This document shows positions 40,834-51,548 of a stretch of 64,000 bases of DNA, piece by piece (positions within the stretch are counted from its first letter, which is position 1; each line of letters opens with the position of its first letter). This DNA comes from an uncultured Gemmatimonadales bacterium (GTDB lineage: Bacteria > Gemmatimonadota > Gemmatimonadetes > Longimicrobiales > RSA9). Where the stretch lies: positions 4,896,001 through 4,960,000 of the forward strand of contig OY970192.1 in assembly GCA_963708135.1 (NCBI GenBank). The letters run 5' to 3'. Position numbers and translations under genes: made by a program. The notes beneath the pieces are model-generated. The model did not search any database and was not told where the DNA came from. It was given only the letters and a program-made list of their open reading frames with translations.

Positions 40834-41357
40834 TGTCGAGCCACACCCGCAGGGTCGTTCTCTCCGGCGCGCTCCTCGGCGCCGCGCTGCTTCTCGCTCC
40901 GGGCGCCGCGCGCGCTCAGGACGTCGGGCTCGCGCTCGGCTCGAGGCCGGCGCCCGTGGTGATCCAGGACCTGGCGGGCCGGCCGGCGGACCTGGGCCGG
41001 TGGATCGGCCGCAAGCCGGTGCTGCTCGAGTTCTGGGCGACGTGGTGCCCCCTGTGCCGCGCGCTCGAGCCGCGCCTGGCCGCGGCGCGGAAGGCGTTCG
41101 GCCAGCGGGTCGCCGTCGTCACCGTGGCGGTCGGCGTGAACGAAAGCCCGCGCTCGATCAAGCGCCACCTGGAGGACCACCCGATCGGCGGACCCGTGCT
41201 GTGGGACGGCGACGGCAAGGCGACGAGGGCGTTCGAGGCGCCGTCCACCTCCTACATCGTCGTGCTCGACCGTTCCGGGCGCGTGGTCTACACCGGCGCG
41301 GGGGCGGATCAGGATGTCGAGGCGGCGATCCGGAAGGCCCTTCCGCCCCGCTCCTGA
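40833..41357 (+). CDS. TlpA-family thioredoxin-like protein (exported)
   Basis: Signal peptide (ARA-Q), EFWATWCPLC; TGATG coupling to ccdA. Confidence 0.88.
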   Translation: MSSHTRRVVLSGALLGAALLLAPGAARAQDVGLALGSRPAPVVIQDLAGRPADLGRWIGRKPVLLEFWATWCPLCRALEPRLAAARKAFGQRVAVVTVAVGVNESPRSIKRHLEDHPIGGPVLWDGDGKATRAFEAPSTSYIVVLDRSGRVVYTGAGADQDVEAAIRKALPPRS

Positions 41358-41358
41358 A

Positions 41359-41490
41359 CGGACGGGCAGGGGAACGGGCAGGGGGACGGGCAGGGGGACG
41401 CGGACGGGCATGTACCGCAGGCAGATACCGCAGGCACGGGCAGGCTCACGGGCAGGCTCGCGGGCAGGCTCGCGGGCAGGCTCACGGGCG
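41359..41490. repeat. Two short 12-bp tandem arrays (ACGGGCAGGGG[A/G]; GCAGGCTC[A/G]CGG)
   Basis: Read directly from the sequence, between convergent genes. Confidence 0.75.
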
Positions 41491-41573
41491 GCGGAAGGGG
41501 CGGCGGCGCGGGCACCCGACCATCGGCCCTTGCCGCTGCCCCTGTCCGGTGCCGCCGACCTTCCCATGGCGTC

Positions 41574-42176
41574 CTACTGGGACGGCTCGGCAGCGGGGCC
41601 GGGCTCCAGCTTGTCGATCGCGGCGGCGAGATCCTTGTACGCGGTCGGGTCGATCTCCCGGAACGGCGTTGCGGTGTAGGCGATGCGGCCGTCGGGGCCG
41701 ATCACGAACAGGTTGCGGTTGTCGAAGTTGCGGCCGGGGATGGTCGCGCCGTAGCGCCGGCCCAGCGCGCCATCGGCGTCGCTCGCCATGACGAACTGGA
41801 ACTGGTCGTCGTGCGCCCAGGCGGCCAGCGTGTCAACCGGATCGGTGCTCACGGCGATGAGCACGACGTTCTGGCCGGCGTGGAAGAGCTGCGCGTACTG
41901 ATCACGGTACGCGTGCATTTGAATCGTTCAGCCCTTGGTCCGGGCCTTTATGAAGAAGGACAGGACGACGGTCCTCCCCTTGAAGTCGCTCAACTGGATC
42001 GGCTCCTTCAGCACGCCGTAGCGCGTGGCCCCGGGGAGCGAGAAGTCGGGCGCGACGGTGCCGACCTCGAGGGGCGGGTGCGCCTCCTTCGTGGCCGGCT
42101 GCTGCTGTGCCGCGGCGCCCGCCAGGGGCAGCGCGGCGAGGCCGAGGGCGAGAAGCAATGAGCGGCTGCATCGCAT
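41574..42176 (-). CDS. Exported peroxiredoxin (BCP/AhpC-TSA) selenoprotein, Sec at codon 83
   Basis: GGAGG RBS and signal peptide; APDFSL...LSDFKGRTVVLSFFIKARTKG-TGA(41928-41930)-TIQMHAYRD...IAVSTD...RNLFVIGPDGRI, all in one frame. Confidence 0.88.
41890..41917 (-). promoter_or_regulatory. Putative bacterial SECIS element
   Basis: Starts 10 nt after the UGA: UGC-AC-GCGUAC-[CGUGAUCA]-GUACGC-GCA. Confidence 0.72.
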
Positions 42177-42240
42177 GGAAGAGCCTCCGGAACGGGGAAA
42201 GCGAGAACCGGGACGGCAGTGAACATAAGGGGCCGGCGGG

Positions 42241-43836
<1,596 letters not shown>

Positions 43837-43846
43837 CGCTTCCGTG

Positions 43847-45397
43847 TCAGTCCATCATCAGCTCGACCTCGCCGTCGGCCATGTGGCCGGCGCGGGGGAG
43901 CAGGAGCGCGAGCGGCACGGCGACGAGGAAGAGGCCGGCCACGAGGACGAAGATGTGGTCGTACGCGAGCACCGTCGCCTGCCGCATCACCTGGAGGTTC
44001 ATGAGCGCGAGGGCGCGCTCGCGCGCCTGCGCGAGGCTCGCGCCGAGGCCGTGCATGGCCGCGGTCACCCTCGCGAGCCACTGATGCGCCACGGCGCTGC
44101 CGGTGTCCTCCGCCAGGATCGCGTGGTAGCGCGCCTGGCTGTGGGTCAGGATCGTCGCCACCGCCGCGATGCCGATGCTGCCCATCACCTGCCGCACCAC
44201 GTTGTAGAGCCCCGTGGCCGCCGTCATGCGCGTCCTCGGGATGGACGACAGCGCGGCCGTGCTGAGCGCCGCGAACAGGAAGCTGAACCCCGCGCCCGTG
44301 CACAGCTGCGGGACCACCAGGTTCCAGAGCCCGGTGTCGGACGTCATGTGCGAGAGCTGCACGTAGCCCGCGATGATGAAGCCGACCCCTGTCGCCACCA
44401 GCAGGCGCGGCCCGGCCCGGTTGTAGAGCCGCCCCGCGATCGGCATCACGACGAGCATGGCCAGGCTGCGCGGCATGAGCGCGATCCCCGACTGCATGGC
44501 CGTGAAGCCGAGCAGGTTCTCGAGGAAGAGCGGCAGCACGAACAGGCTGCCCATGAGCCCGGCCCCCATCACGCCGCCCAGGAAGGTGGCCGCCGTGAAC
44601 GGGATGTTCCTCAGCACCTTCAGGTCCACCGCGGGCCGCTCGGCCGTCAGCTCGCGCCAGATGAAGAGCCCCATCCCGACGGCGGCGATCACGGCCAGCC
44701 GCACGATGAACCCCGACTGGAACCAGTCGTTCCGCTCGCCCTCCTCGAGCATCAGCTGGAACGCGCCCAGCCCCGCGATCATCAGCCCCAGCCCCAGCAG
44801 GTCCAGCCTCGCCTTCGTGCGCTCCAGGTATGGCGGATCCTCGAGCACCCGCTGCACCATCAGCAGGTTCAGCAGCCCCAGCGGCACGTTGATGAAGAAG
44901 ACCCACGGCCACGAGTAGTGGTCCGTCAGCCACCCCCCCAGCGTGGGGCCGATGGCGGGCGCCAGCACCACGCCCATGCCGTACACGCCCATCGCCATGC
45001 CCTGCTCGGCCGGCGGGAAGCTCTCCCGCAGGATCGCCTGCGGCACCGTGATCAGGATCCCGCCCGAAAGCCCCTGCAGCGCGCGCGCCGCCACCAGCAT
45101 CGGCAGGCTCGCCGCCATGCCGCACAGCGCCGACGCCGCGGTGAACCCCACGATCGACAGCATGTACATGTTCTTCCGGCCCCACCGCGACGACAGCATC
45201 CCCACGATCGGCATCACCAGCACGTTCGCCAGGATGTAGCCGGTCACCACCCAGGTGATCTCCTCGACCGTCGCGCCCAGGTTCCCCGCCATGTCCGGCA
45301 GCGCCACGTTCACGATGCTCGAGTCCAGCACCGCCATCACGTTGCCGATCATCACCGTGCCCGCGATCACCCACTTGCCGTGGCGCGACTCGCTCAA
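43847..45397 (-). CDS. DHA2 (EmrB/QacA) MFS efflux permease
   Basis: LDSSIVNVALPDM, WVVTGYILA, APAIGPTLGGWLTD, WVFFINVP; TTG start overlaps the marR stop. Confidence 0.9.
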   Translation of the reverse strand: MSESRHGKWVIAGTVMIGNVMAVLDSSIVNVALPDMAGNLGATVEEITWVVTGYILANVLVMPIVGMLSSRWGRKNMYMLSIVGFTAASALCGMAASLPMLVAARALQGLSGGILITVPQAILRESFPPAEQGMAMGVYGMGVVLAPAIGPTLGGWLTDHYSWPWVFFINVPLGLLNLLMVQRVLEDPPYLERTKARLDLLGLGLMIAGLGAFQLMLEEGERNDWFQSGFIVRLAVIAAVGMGLFIWRELTAERPAVDLKVLRNIPFTAATFLGGVMGAGLMGSLFVLPLFLENLLGFTAMQSGIALMPRSLAMLVVMPIAGRLYNRAGPRLLVATGVGFIIAGYVQLSHMTSDTGLWNLVVPQLCTGAGFSFLFAALSTAALSSIPRTRMTAATGLYNVVRQVMGSIGIAAVATILTHSQARYHAILAEDTGSAVAHQWLARVTAAMHGLGASLAQARERALALMNLQVMRQATVLAYDHIFVLVAGLFLVAVPLALLLPRAGHMADGEVELMMD

Positions 45398-45900
45398 GAG
45401 GCCGCCGGAGACGGGGACGAAGACGAAGACGAAGACGGAGACGCGCGAGAGAAGCAGGGCAGGATGTGCTCCATGGCGGCCGCGACCTCCTCGCGCGCGG
45501 CGGCTGAGAGGACGGCCAGTCGCGCGGTCACCAGCGCCCGCGCCGCGGTGAAGTACTGCTCCACGCACGCGCGGCCCGCCGCCGTCGGCGTGAGCACCAG
45601 GCGACGTCGGTCCTCCGGGTCCGTCTCCCGCTCCAGCAGCCCCTTCCTCGCCAGCTCATCCAGCAGCCGCGAGACCGCCGGCCGGCTCAGCAGCAGCGCC
45701 TCCGCCAGCTGCGAGGGCCCGTACGACGCATCGGCCGCCACCATCGCCAGCGCCCGGAACTGCGGCAGGGTCAGCTCCGCGGGGCGCGCGTGCCACATCT
45801 GCGCCCGCACGTAGCGCGAGACGAGGAGCGCGGCCTCGAGCACGTCCGCGGCGCAGCGCTGGAGCGCGGCGGCGTCGGTTTCCGGTGTTAACTGTTGCAT
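45394..45900 (-). CDS. MarR family regulator with a poly-Ser tail encoded by a GACGAA repeat
   Basis: LTLPQFRAL, LSRPAVSRLLDELARKGLLERETDPEDRR. Confidence 0.88.
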   Translation of the reverse strand: MQQLTPETDAAALQRCAADVLEAALLVSRYVRAQMWHARPAELTLPQFRALAMVAADASYGPSQLAEALLLSRPAVSRLLDELARKGLLERETDPEDRRRLVLTPTAAGRACVEQYFTAARALVTARLAVLSAAAREEVAAAMEHILPCFSRASPSSSSSSSPSPAAS

Positions 45901-45935
45901 TCTGTTAACTATAATGGCTCCGGGCGGACGGTCAA
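45886..45935 (-). promoter_or_regulatory. Promoter TTGACC-16-TATAGT with two GTTAAC palindromic operator cores around the start codon
   Basis: On +: GGTCAA at 45930-45935, ACTATA at 45908-45913, TGTTAACT at 45886 and 45903. Confidence 0.68.
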
Positions 45936-46193
45936 GGTGGTCGGGCGCCGCGGAGGTCGCGAGGGCCGGTATCGCGCCGCCGAGGGAGAGGCGGCCCGGG
46001 GTCTCCCACTCCCCCACTCTCCTCCTCTGCCGTTCCAGCCGCCGGGCAGACGCTACGCCGGCCCTTCCAGCCGCCGGAGCGAGCCCGGGCGCGGCAACGG
46101 CCCCGCGCCCAACGCTCGGGTGGAGGAAACGGTATGCCCGACGGGGGGTAGGGCAGCGGTGGAGGAACCGATTCCCTGGAGATGAGAAGGGCC

Positions 46194-48254
46194 ATGAGCG
46201 AGACGAGTCGCGGGATCCTGGGCCGGCTGACGGTCGGCGCGGCGGTGGTGGCCGTGCTGGCGGCGGCGCCGGCCGGGGCGCAGCAGCAGAAGCAGGCGCC
46301 GGCGCGTGCGCTGGGGGTGGACACGACGAACTTCGACCGTTCGGCGCGGCCGCAGGACGACTTCTACGAGTTCGTGAACGGCGGCTGGATGCAGAGGTCG
46401 GAGATTCCGCCGGATCGCTCGAGCTGGGGCTCGTTCGTGGAGCTGTCGGAGCGGAGCCAGGAGGCGGTGCGCGGGATCATCGAGGCGGCGGCGTCGTCGC
46501 ATGCGGCGAAGGGTACGGACGAGCAGAAGATCGGGGACTTCTACGAGAGCTTCATGGACACGGCGCGGATCGACGCGGCGGGGCTCGGGCCGCTCGAGGC
46601 GGAGCTGAAGCGGATCGCGGGGCTGTCCTCGGAGTCGCAGCTCCCGTCCGTGCTCGCGCACCTGGCGCGGATCGGCGTGGGCGGCCCGTTCGGCGCGTTC
46701 GTGGGGCAGGACCAGAAGAACTCGAACGCCTACATCGTGTCGGTGAGCCAGGGCGGGCTGGGGCTTCCGGACCGCGACTACTACCTGCGGCAGGACGCCA
46801 AGTTCGAAAGCATCCGCTCGGCCTACACGGCGTACCTGGGGAAGCTGTTCACGCTGGCGGGGCAGCCGGATCCGGCGGGCGCGGCGCGGCGGATCGTGGC
46901 GCTGGAGACGCGGCTGGCGGAGAAGCAGTGGCCGCGGGCGAAGATGCGCGACCGCGACGCGACGTACAACAAGCGGACGGTGGCGGAGCTGGACGGACTG
47001 ACGCCGTCGTTCTCGTGGGCGGGGTACCTGAAGGCGGCGGGGCTCTCGAAGTCGGCGGACGTGATCGTGCGGCAGCCGGACTACTTCCAGGCGCTGGACG
47101 GGATCCTGAAGGCGACGCCGGTCTCGACGTGGCGCGAGTACCTCACGGCCAGGCTGCTCTCCGACTACGCGGCGTACCTGCCGGCGGCGTACGAGACGGC
47201 GCGCTTCGACTTCTACGGCAAGGTGCTCTCCGGGCAGCAGGAGCAGGGGCCGCGCTGGAAGCGGGGCGTCTCGACGGTGCAGCGTGCGCTCGGCGAGGCG
47301 GTGGGGCGGGAGTACGTCGCGAAGTACTTCAAGCCGTCGGCCAAGGCGCGCATGGACCAGCTGGTGAAGAACATGCTCGCGGCGTACCGGCAGAGCATCG
47401 ACGAGCTGGACTGGATGAGCCCGGCCACGAAGAAGGCGGCGCAGGCCAAGCTGGCCAAGTTCACGGTCAAGATCGGCTATCCGGACCACTGGCGCGACTA
47501 CTCGAAGCTGGTGGTCGAGCCGCTCGACCTGATCGGCAACGAGATGCGCTCGCGCGAGTTCGGCTACGACGACATGGCGGGGCGGTTGGGCAAGCCGGTG
47601 GACCGCTCGCGCTGGGGGATGACGCCGCAGACGGTCAACGCGTACTACAACGCGACGAACAACGAGATCGTCTTCCCCGCGGCGATCCTGCAGCCGCCGT
47701 TCTTCAACCCCGAGGCGGATGACGCGGTGAACTACGGCGGCATCGGCGCCGTGATCGGGCACGAGATCAGCCACGGCTTCGACGACCAGGGCAGCAAGTC
47801 GGATGGCAACGGCAACCTGCGCGACTGGTGGACGCCCGCGGACCTGTCGGCGTTCAAGGCCCGCACGACGGCGCTGGCGGACGAGTACTCGGCGTACGTG
47901 CCGATCGACGACATCCACATCAACGGCCGGCTCACGCTGGGCGAGAACATCGGCGACCTGAGCGGGCTCACCGTGGCGCTGCGGGCCTACCACATGTCGC
48001 TGGGCGGCAGGCCCGCCCCGGTGATCGACGGCTACACGGGCGACCAGCGCTTCTTCCTCGGCTGGGCGCAGGTGTGGCGCACCAAGATGCGGCCCGAGGC
48101 GCTACGCCAGCAGCTGCTGACGAACCCGCACTCGCCGGGCCAGTACCGGGCCTTCGTGCCGCTCACGAACATGCCGGCGTTCTACAAGGCCTTCGGCGTC
48201 CAGCCCGGCGACAAGATGTGGCGGGACCCGAAGGATCGCGTGACGATCTGGTAG
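46194..48254 (+). CDS. M13 family metallopeptidase (PepO/neprilysin-like)
   Basis: QDDFYEFVNG, VNAYY, GHEISHGFDDQG, TLGENIGD. Confidence 0.95.
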   Translation: MSETSRGILGRLTVGAAVVAVLAAAPAGAQQQKQAPARALGVDTTNFDRSARPQDDFYEFVNGGWMQRSEIPPDRSSWGSFVELSERSQEAVRGIIEAAASSHAAKGTDEQKIGDFYESFMDTARIDAAGLGPLEAELKRIAGLSSESQLPSVLAHLARIGVGGPFGAFVGQDQKNSNAYIVSVSQGGLGLPDRDYYLRQDAKFESIRSAYTAYLGKLFTLAGQPDPAGAARRIVALETRLAEKQWPRAKMRDRDATYNKRTVAELDGLTPSFSWAGYLKAAGLSKSADVIVRQPDYFQALDGILKATPVSTWREYLTARLLSDYAAYLPAAYETARFDFYGKVLSGQQEQGPRWKRGVSTVQRALGEAVGREYVAKYFKPSAKARMDQLVKNMLAAYRQSIDELDWMSPATKKAAQAKLAKFTVKIGYPDHWRDYSKLVVEPLDLIGNEMRSREFGYDDMAGRLGKPVDRSRWGMTPQTVNAYYNATNNEIVFPAAILQPPFFNPEADDAVNYGGIGAVIGHEISHGFDDQGSKSDGNGNLRDWWTPADLSAFKARTTALADEYSAYVPIDDIHINGRLTLGENIGDLSGLTVALRAYHMSLGGRPAPVIDGYTGDQRFFLGWAQVWRTKMRPEALRQQLLTNPHSPGQYRAFVPLTNMPAFYKAFGVQPGDKMWRDPKDRVTIW

Positions 48255-48274
48255 CGCCGGCCTGAGGCCGGCGC

Positions 48275-48491
48275 CGCAAGGCGCAAGCGCAAGGCGCAAG
48301 CGCAGGACGCAAGGCGCAAGGCGCAAGCGCAAGACGCAAGCGCAAGCGCAAGCATGGGGGAGGGGGCGCTCCCCTGCGCTTGCTCTTGCTCTTGCTCTTG
48401 CTCTTGCTCTTGCTCTTGCTCTTGCTCTTGCTCTTGCTCTTGCTCTTGCTCTTGCTCTTGCTCTTGCTCTTGCTCTTGCTCTTGCTCTTGC
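48275..48491. repeat. (GCGCAAG)n-type array followed by about 19 copies of CTTGCT
   Basis: Read directly from the sequence; the two arrays are roughly complementary. Confidence 0.9.
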
Positions 48492-48701
48492 GGGTTGCGC
48501 TGGGTTAGCTTCAACATGGGTTCGGGTCTTCCCTCCTCTGGCTACCGCGCAGAACGCCGCGAAACCTGACCTGCCGGCCCCGCCCCCTGGCGATCTCTCC
48601 AGGAGCTTCTCCCGAGCCCAGGATGCATGACGTGTCGGCGGCCGCGAGTTCGAACGCGATGACGGACGTGCGCGGCTGGTTGCACTCGGCGCTGGCGGAA
48701 C

Positions 48702-51494
48702 ATGCCCGCTGAACGAGAGATCGGGGGAGCCGGAGCGCGCTGGACGGAGCTGCAGCGGGTCCTCGACGGAGCGCTCGACCTGCCGTCGGACGCGCGTGAA
48801 GCCTACCTGGCCCACGAATGCGAGTCGGATCCCGCGCTTCGATCGGAAGCCCGGGGACTGCTCCATGCGTGCGAGCGAGCGTCCCGACCGGGCGGCTTCC
48901 TGTCGGCGCCGGCGCTCTCCGTGGCGGCGCCCCTGTTCGCCGCCACGGATGACGCGGGTCTTCCGCGCACGGGCGATCCGGCTCCCGAGGGTCTCCTCGA
49001 GAAGCTCACGACCGCACTGGCGGGCCGCTACGCCGTGGAGAGGGAGATCGGTCGGGGAGGCATGGCCACCGTGTTCCTGGCTCGCGACCTTCGTCACGAC
49101 CGCGCCGTAGCCGTGAAAGTCGTGGATCCCGGGCTCGCGATCGGCGGAGGGCGTCGATTCCTGCGTGAGATCCGGACCGCGGCGCGTCTCAGCCACCCGC
49201 ACATCCTCGGTGTCCACGACTCGGGCGAGGCGGGTGGTCTGCTCTATTACGTGATGCCGTTCGTCGATGGCGAGACGCTGCGTGCGCGGCTCGCGCGAGA
49301 GCGGCCAATGCCCCTGGCGGACGCGCTGCGGATCCTGCGCGAGCTGGCCGACGCCGTGGCCTATGCCCACGCCCAGGCCGTCGTCCACCGTGACCTGAAG
49401 CCGGATAACGTGCTGCTCTCGTCGGGGCACGCCCTGGTAATGGACTTCGGAATCGCGCGGGCGATCGCGGCGGCGCGAACGCCGCTGCTGGACGCCGACG
49501 ACGCCACGGCCGACGCCGGCTCGGCGGACGAGTCGCGGATCACGGGGACCGGGCTGGCCATCGGGACGCCCGCGTACATGGCGCCCGAGCAGGCCGCCGG
49601 CGATGCGGGCACCGACCACCGCGCGGACCTGTACGCGCTCGGCGCGATCGCGTACGAGATGCTCGCGGGCGAGCACCCCTTCGGGGCGCGCCCCGCGCGT
49701 CAGATGCTGGCGGCGCACGTGACGCGCATGCCGGCGCCACTCTCGCGCCTGCGACCGGGCGTACCATCCGCCGTGTCGGCGCTGGTCATGCGCCTCCTCG
49801 CGAAGGACCCCGCGCAGCGCCCGCAGAGTGCCGGCGACGTGGTGTCGGCGCTGGACGCCGTGAGCGGTTCCACGCAGTCGCTGTGGCTCACCGGACGCCG
49901 GCGCGTTCTGGTCGCCACCGCCGTCGTCGCGCTGGCACTGACCGCAGTCGCGTACGCACTGCACATCGAGCGGAGCCGGAGCGGATCGCCGGCCGCGAAC
50001 GGTGCTATGGCCGGTCCGGTTGCGGGCGACGTCGCCCCGCGCACGCTCGCCGTGCTCCCATTCGTCAATACGAGCGGCTCACGCGACGACGACTACTTCA
50101 GCGACGGGCTCACGGACGAGCTCTCGTACGCGCTCGGCCGGCTGCCGGGTTTGAGTCTCGCGGGTCGCACGTCGGCGTACGTTTTCAAGGGAAAGACGGC
50201 GTCCGCGCAGGAGATCGGTCGGGCGCTGAGCGTGCAGGCGATCGTCAGCGGCACGGTCCGACGTTCGGGGGACCGGCTCCGGGTCGGGACGCAGCTCGTG
50301 AGCACGGCCGACGGCCGCGTGCTGTGGGACAGCGTCTACGAGAGCCGCTCCGGGGACGTGTTCGAGGTGCAGGAAGAGCTGACCCGCGCGATCGTGGCCG
50401 CGCTCGCGCCGAACCTGGTGAACACGCCCGCACTGGCCGTCGCCAGCAGCGGACGGGGCACGGAGGACCAGGAGGCGTACGACCTCTACCTGAAGGGGCT
50501 CTACTTCTGGCACCGGCGAGGCGCGCAGAACGTCACCCGCTCGATCGGCTACTTCCAGGAAGCCATCGCGCGTGATCCGAGGTTCGCCCGCGCGTACGCG
50601 AGCCTCGCGCTCGCCTACAGCGTCCTGCCGGTCTTCCAGCCCGATGCGGCCGACTCCGCGGTGGCGCTCACGACCAGCAACGCCGCGCGTGCCGTGGCGC
50701 TCGATTCGACGCTCCCCGAAGCCCATCTCGCGCTCGGCGCAGCCCTCGACTTTCAGCTGCGTTTCCGCGACGGCCTGCGCCAGGACCGGCTCGCGGTCGC
50801 CGTCGATCCGTCCTCGGCCTTCGCCCATCACGGGCTGGGATTCGACCTGCTCAACGTCGGCGAAACCGATGAAGCCATCGCGGAGCTGCGACGCGCCACC
50901 CAGCTGGATCCGCTCGCGCCGTCGGCCGGCAGCCTGTTCGGGCTCTCGCTTCTCTTCGCGCGCCGCTACGATGAATCGATCGCGGAGTTGCGCCGCGTCC
51001 TCGCCTTTGATTCCACGTTCCAGCTCGCGATCATGAACCTTGGACAGGCGCAGCTCTTCGCGGGCCAGGCCGACAGCGCCGTGCGGACCCTCGAGCGCGC
51101 CCGTCGTCTCGATCCGAGCGATACCAGGAACACGTCCTCGCTCCTCCTGGCGTACGCCGGCGCCGGCCGCTGGGCCGATGCCGCCCGCCTCCGGAAGCAG
51201 CTCCACGCCCCCGGCTCCTCCGAGCTCGACGCCGCCATGGCCGACCTGGCCTTCGGCGACTCGGCGCCGATCCTCCGCCTGCTCACGTCGGAGGAAGGAC
51301 AGCGCCACTACGTGTCGATTGGGTTTCTCTTCGGCTGCAGTCCCCTCATCGACCCGCTCTGGACCGACCCTCGTTTCCGCGCCGCGATGCACGCCCTCAC
51401 CATAGAGCCATGCCCCCTCGCGCGCCCATGGCCACTCGCGACCCACGCGCCCAGCCCCCAGCGACGCGAAGCGAGCGTGCCCCCCGCGAGGTGA
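48702..51494 (+). CDS. Ser/Thr protein kinase with TolB-like and TPR domains
   Basis: IGRGGMATV, AVK, HRDLKPDN, DFG, GTPAYMAPE, TM helix, LAVLPFVN...DYFSDGLTDEL, TPR repeats. Confidence 0.93.
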   Translation: MPAEREIGGAGARWTELQRVLDGALDLPSDAREAYLAHECESDPALRSEARGLLHACERASRPGGFLSAPALSVAAPLFAATDDAGLPRTGDPAPEGLLEKLTTALAGRYAVEREIGRGGMATVFLARDLRHDRAVAVKVVDPGLAIGGGRRFLREIRTAARLSHPHILGVHDSGEAGGLLYYVMPFVDGETLRARLARERPMPLADALRILRELADAVAYAHAQAVVHRDLKPDNVLLSSGHALVMDFGIARAIAAARTPLLDADDATADAGSADESRITGTGLAIGTPAYMAPEQAAGDAGTDHRADLYALGAIAYEMLAGEHPFGARPARQMLAAHVTRMPAPLSRLRPGVPSAVSALVMRLLAKDPAQRPQSAGDVVSALDAVSGSTQSLWLTGRRRVLVATAVVALALTAVAYALHIERSRSGSPAANGAMAGPVAGDVAPRTLAVLPFVNTSGSRDDDYFSDGLTDELSYALGRLPGLSLAGRTSAYVFKGKTASAQEIGRALSVQAIVSGTVRRSGDRLRVGTQLVSTADGRVLWDSVYESRSGDVFEVQEELTRAIVAALAPNLVNTPALAVASSGRGTEDQEAYDLYLKGLYFWHRRGAQNVTRSIGYFQEAIARDPRFARAYASLALAYSVLPVFQPDAADSAVALTTSNAARAVALDSTLPEAHLALGAALDFQLRFRDGLRQDRLAVAVDPSSAFAHHGLGFDLLNVGETDEAIAELRRATQLDPLAPSAGSLFGLSLLFARRYDESIAELRRVLAFDSTFQLAIMNLGQAQLFAGQADSAVRTLERARRLDPSDTRNTSSLLLAYAGAGRWADAARLRKQLHAPGSSELDAAMADLAFGDSAPILRLLTSEEGQRHYVSIGFLFGCSPLIDPLWTDPRFRAAMHALTIEPCPLARPWPLATHAPSPQRREASVPPAR

Positions 51495-51548
51495 AGCGAG
51501 CGTGCCCCGCCCGAAGGGCGGAACACCCCGCGCGCGGCGCGGCAAGGC

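Noticed and set aside
48163..48569. Poly-QE, poly-CS and poly-RA ORFs
   Set aside because: They are readings of the CTTGCT microsatellite, with no RBS or domain context.
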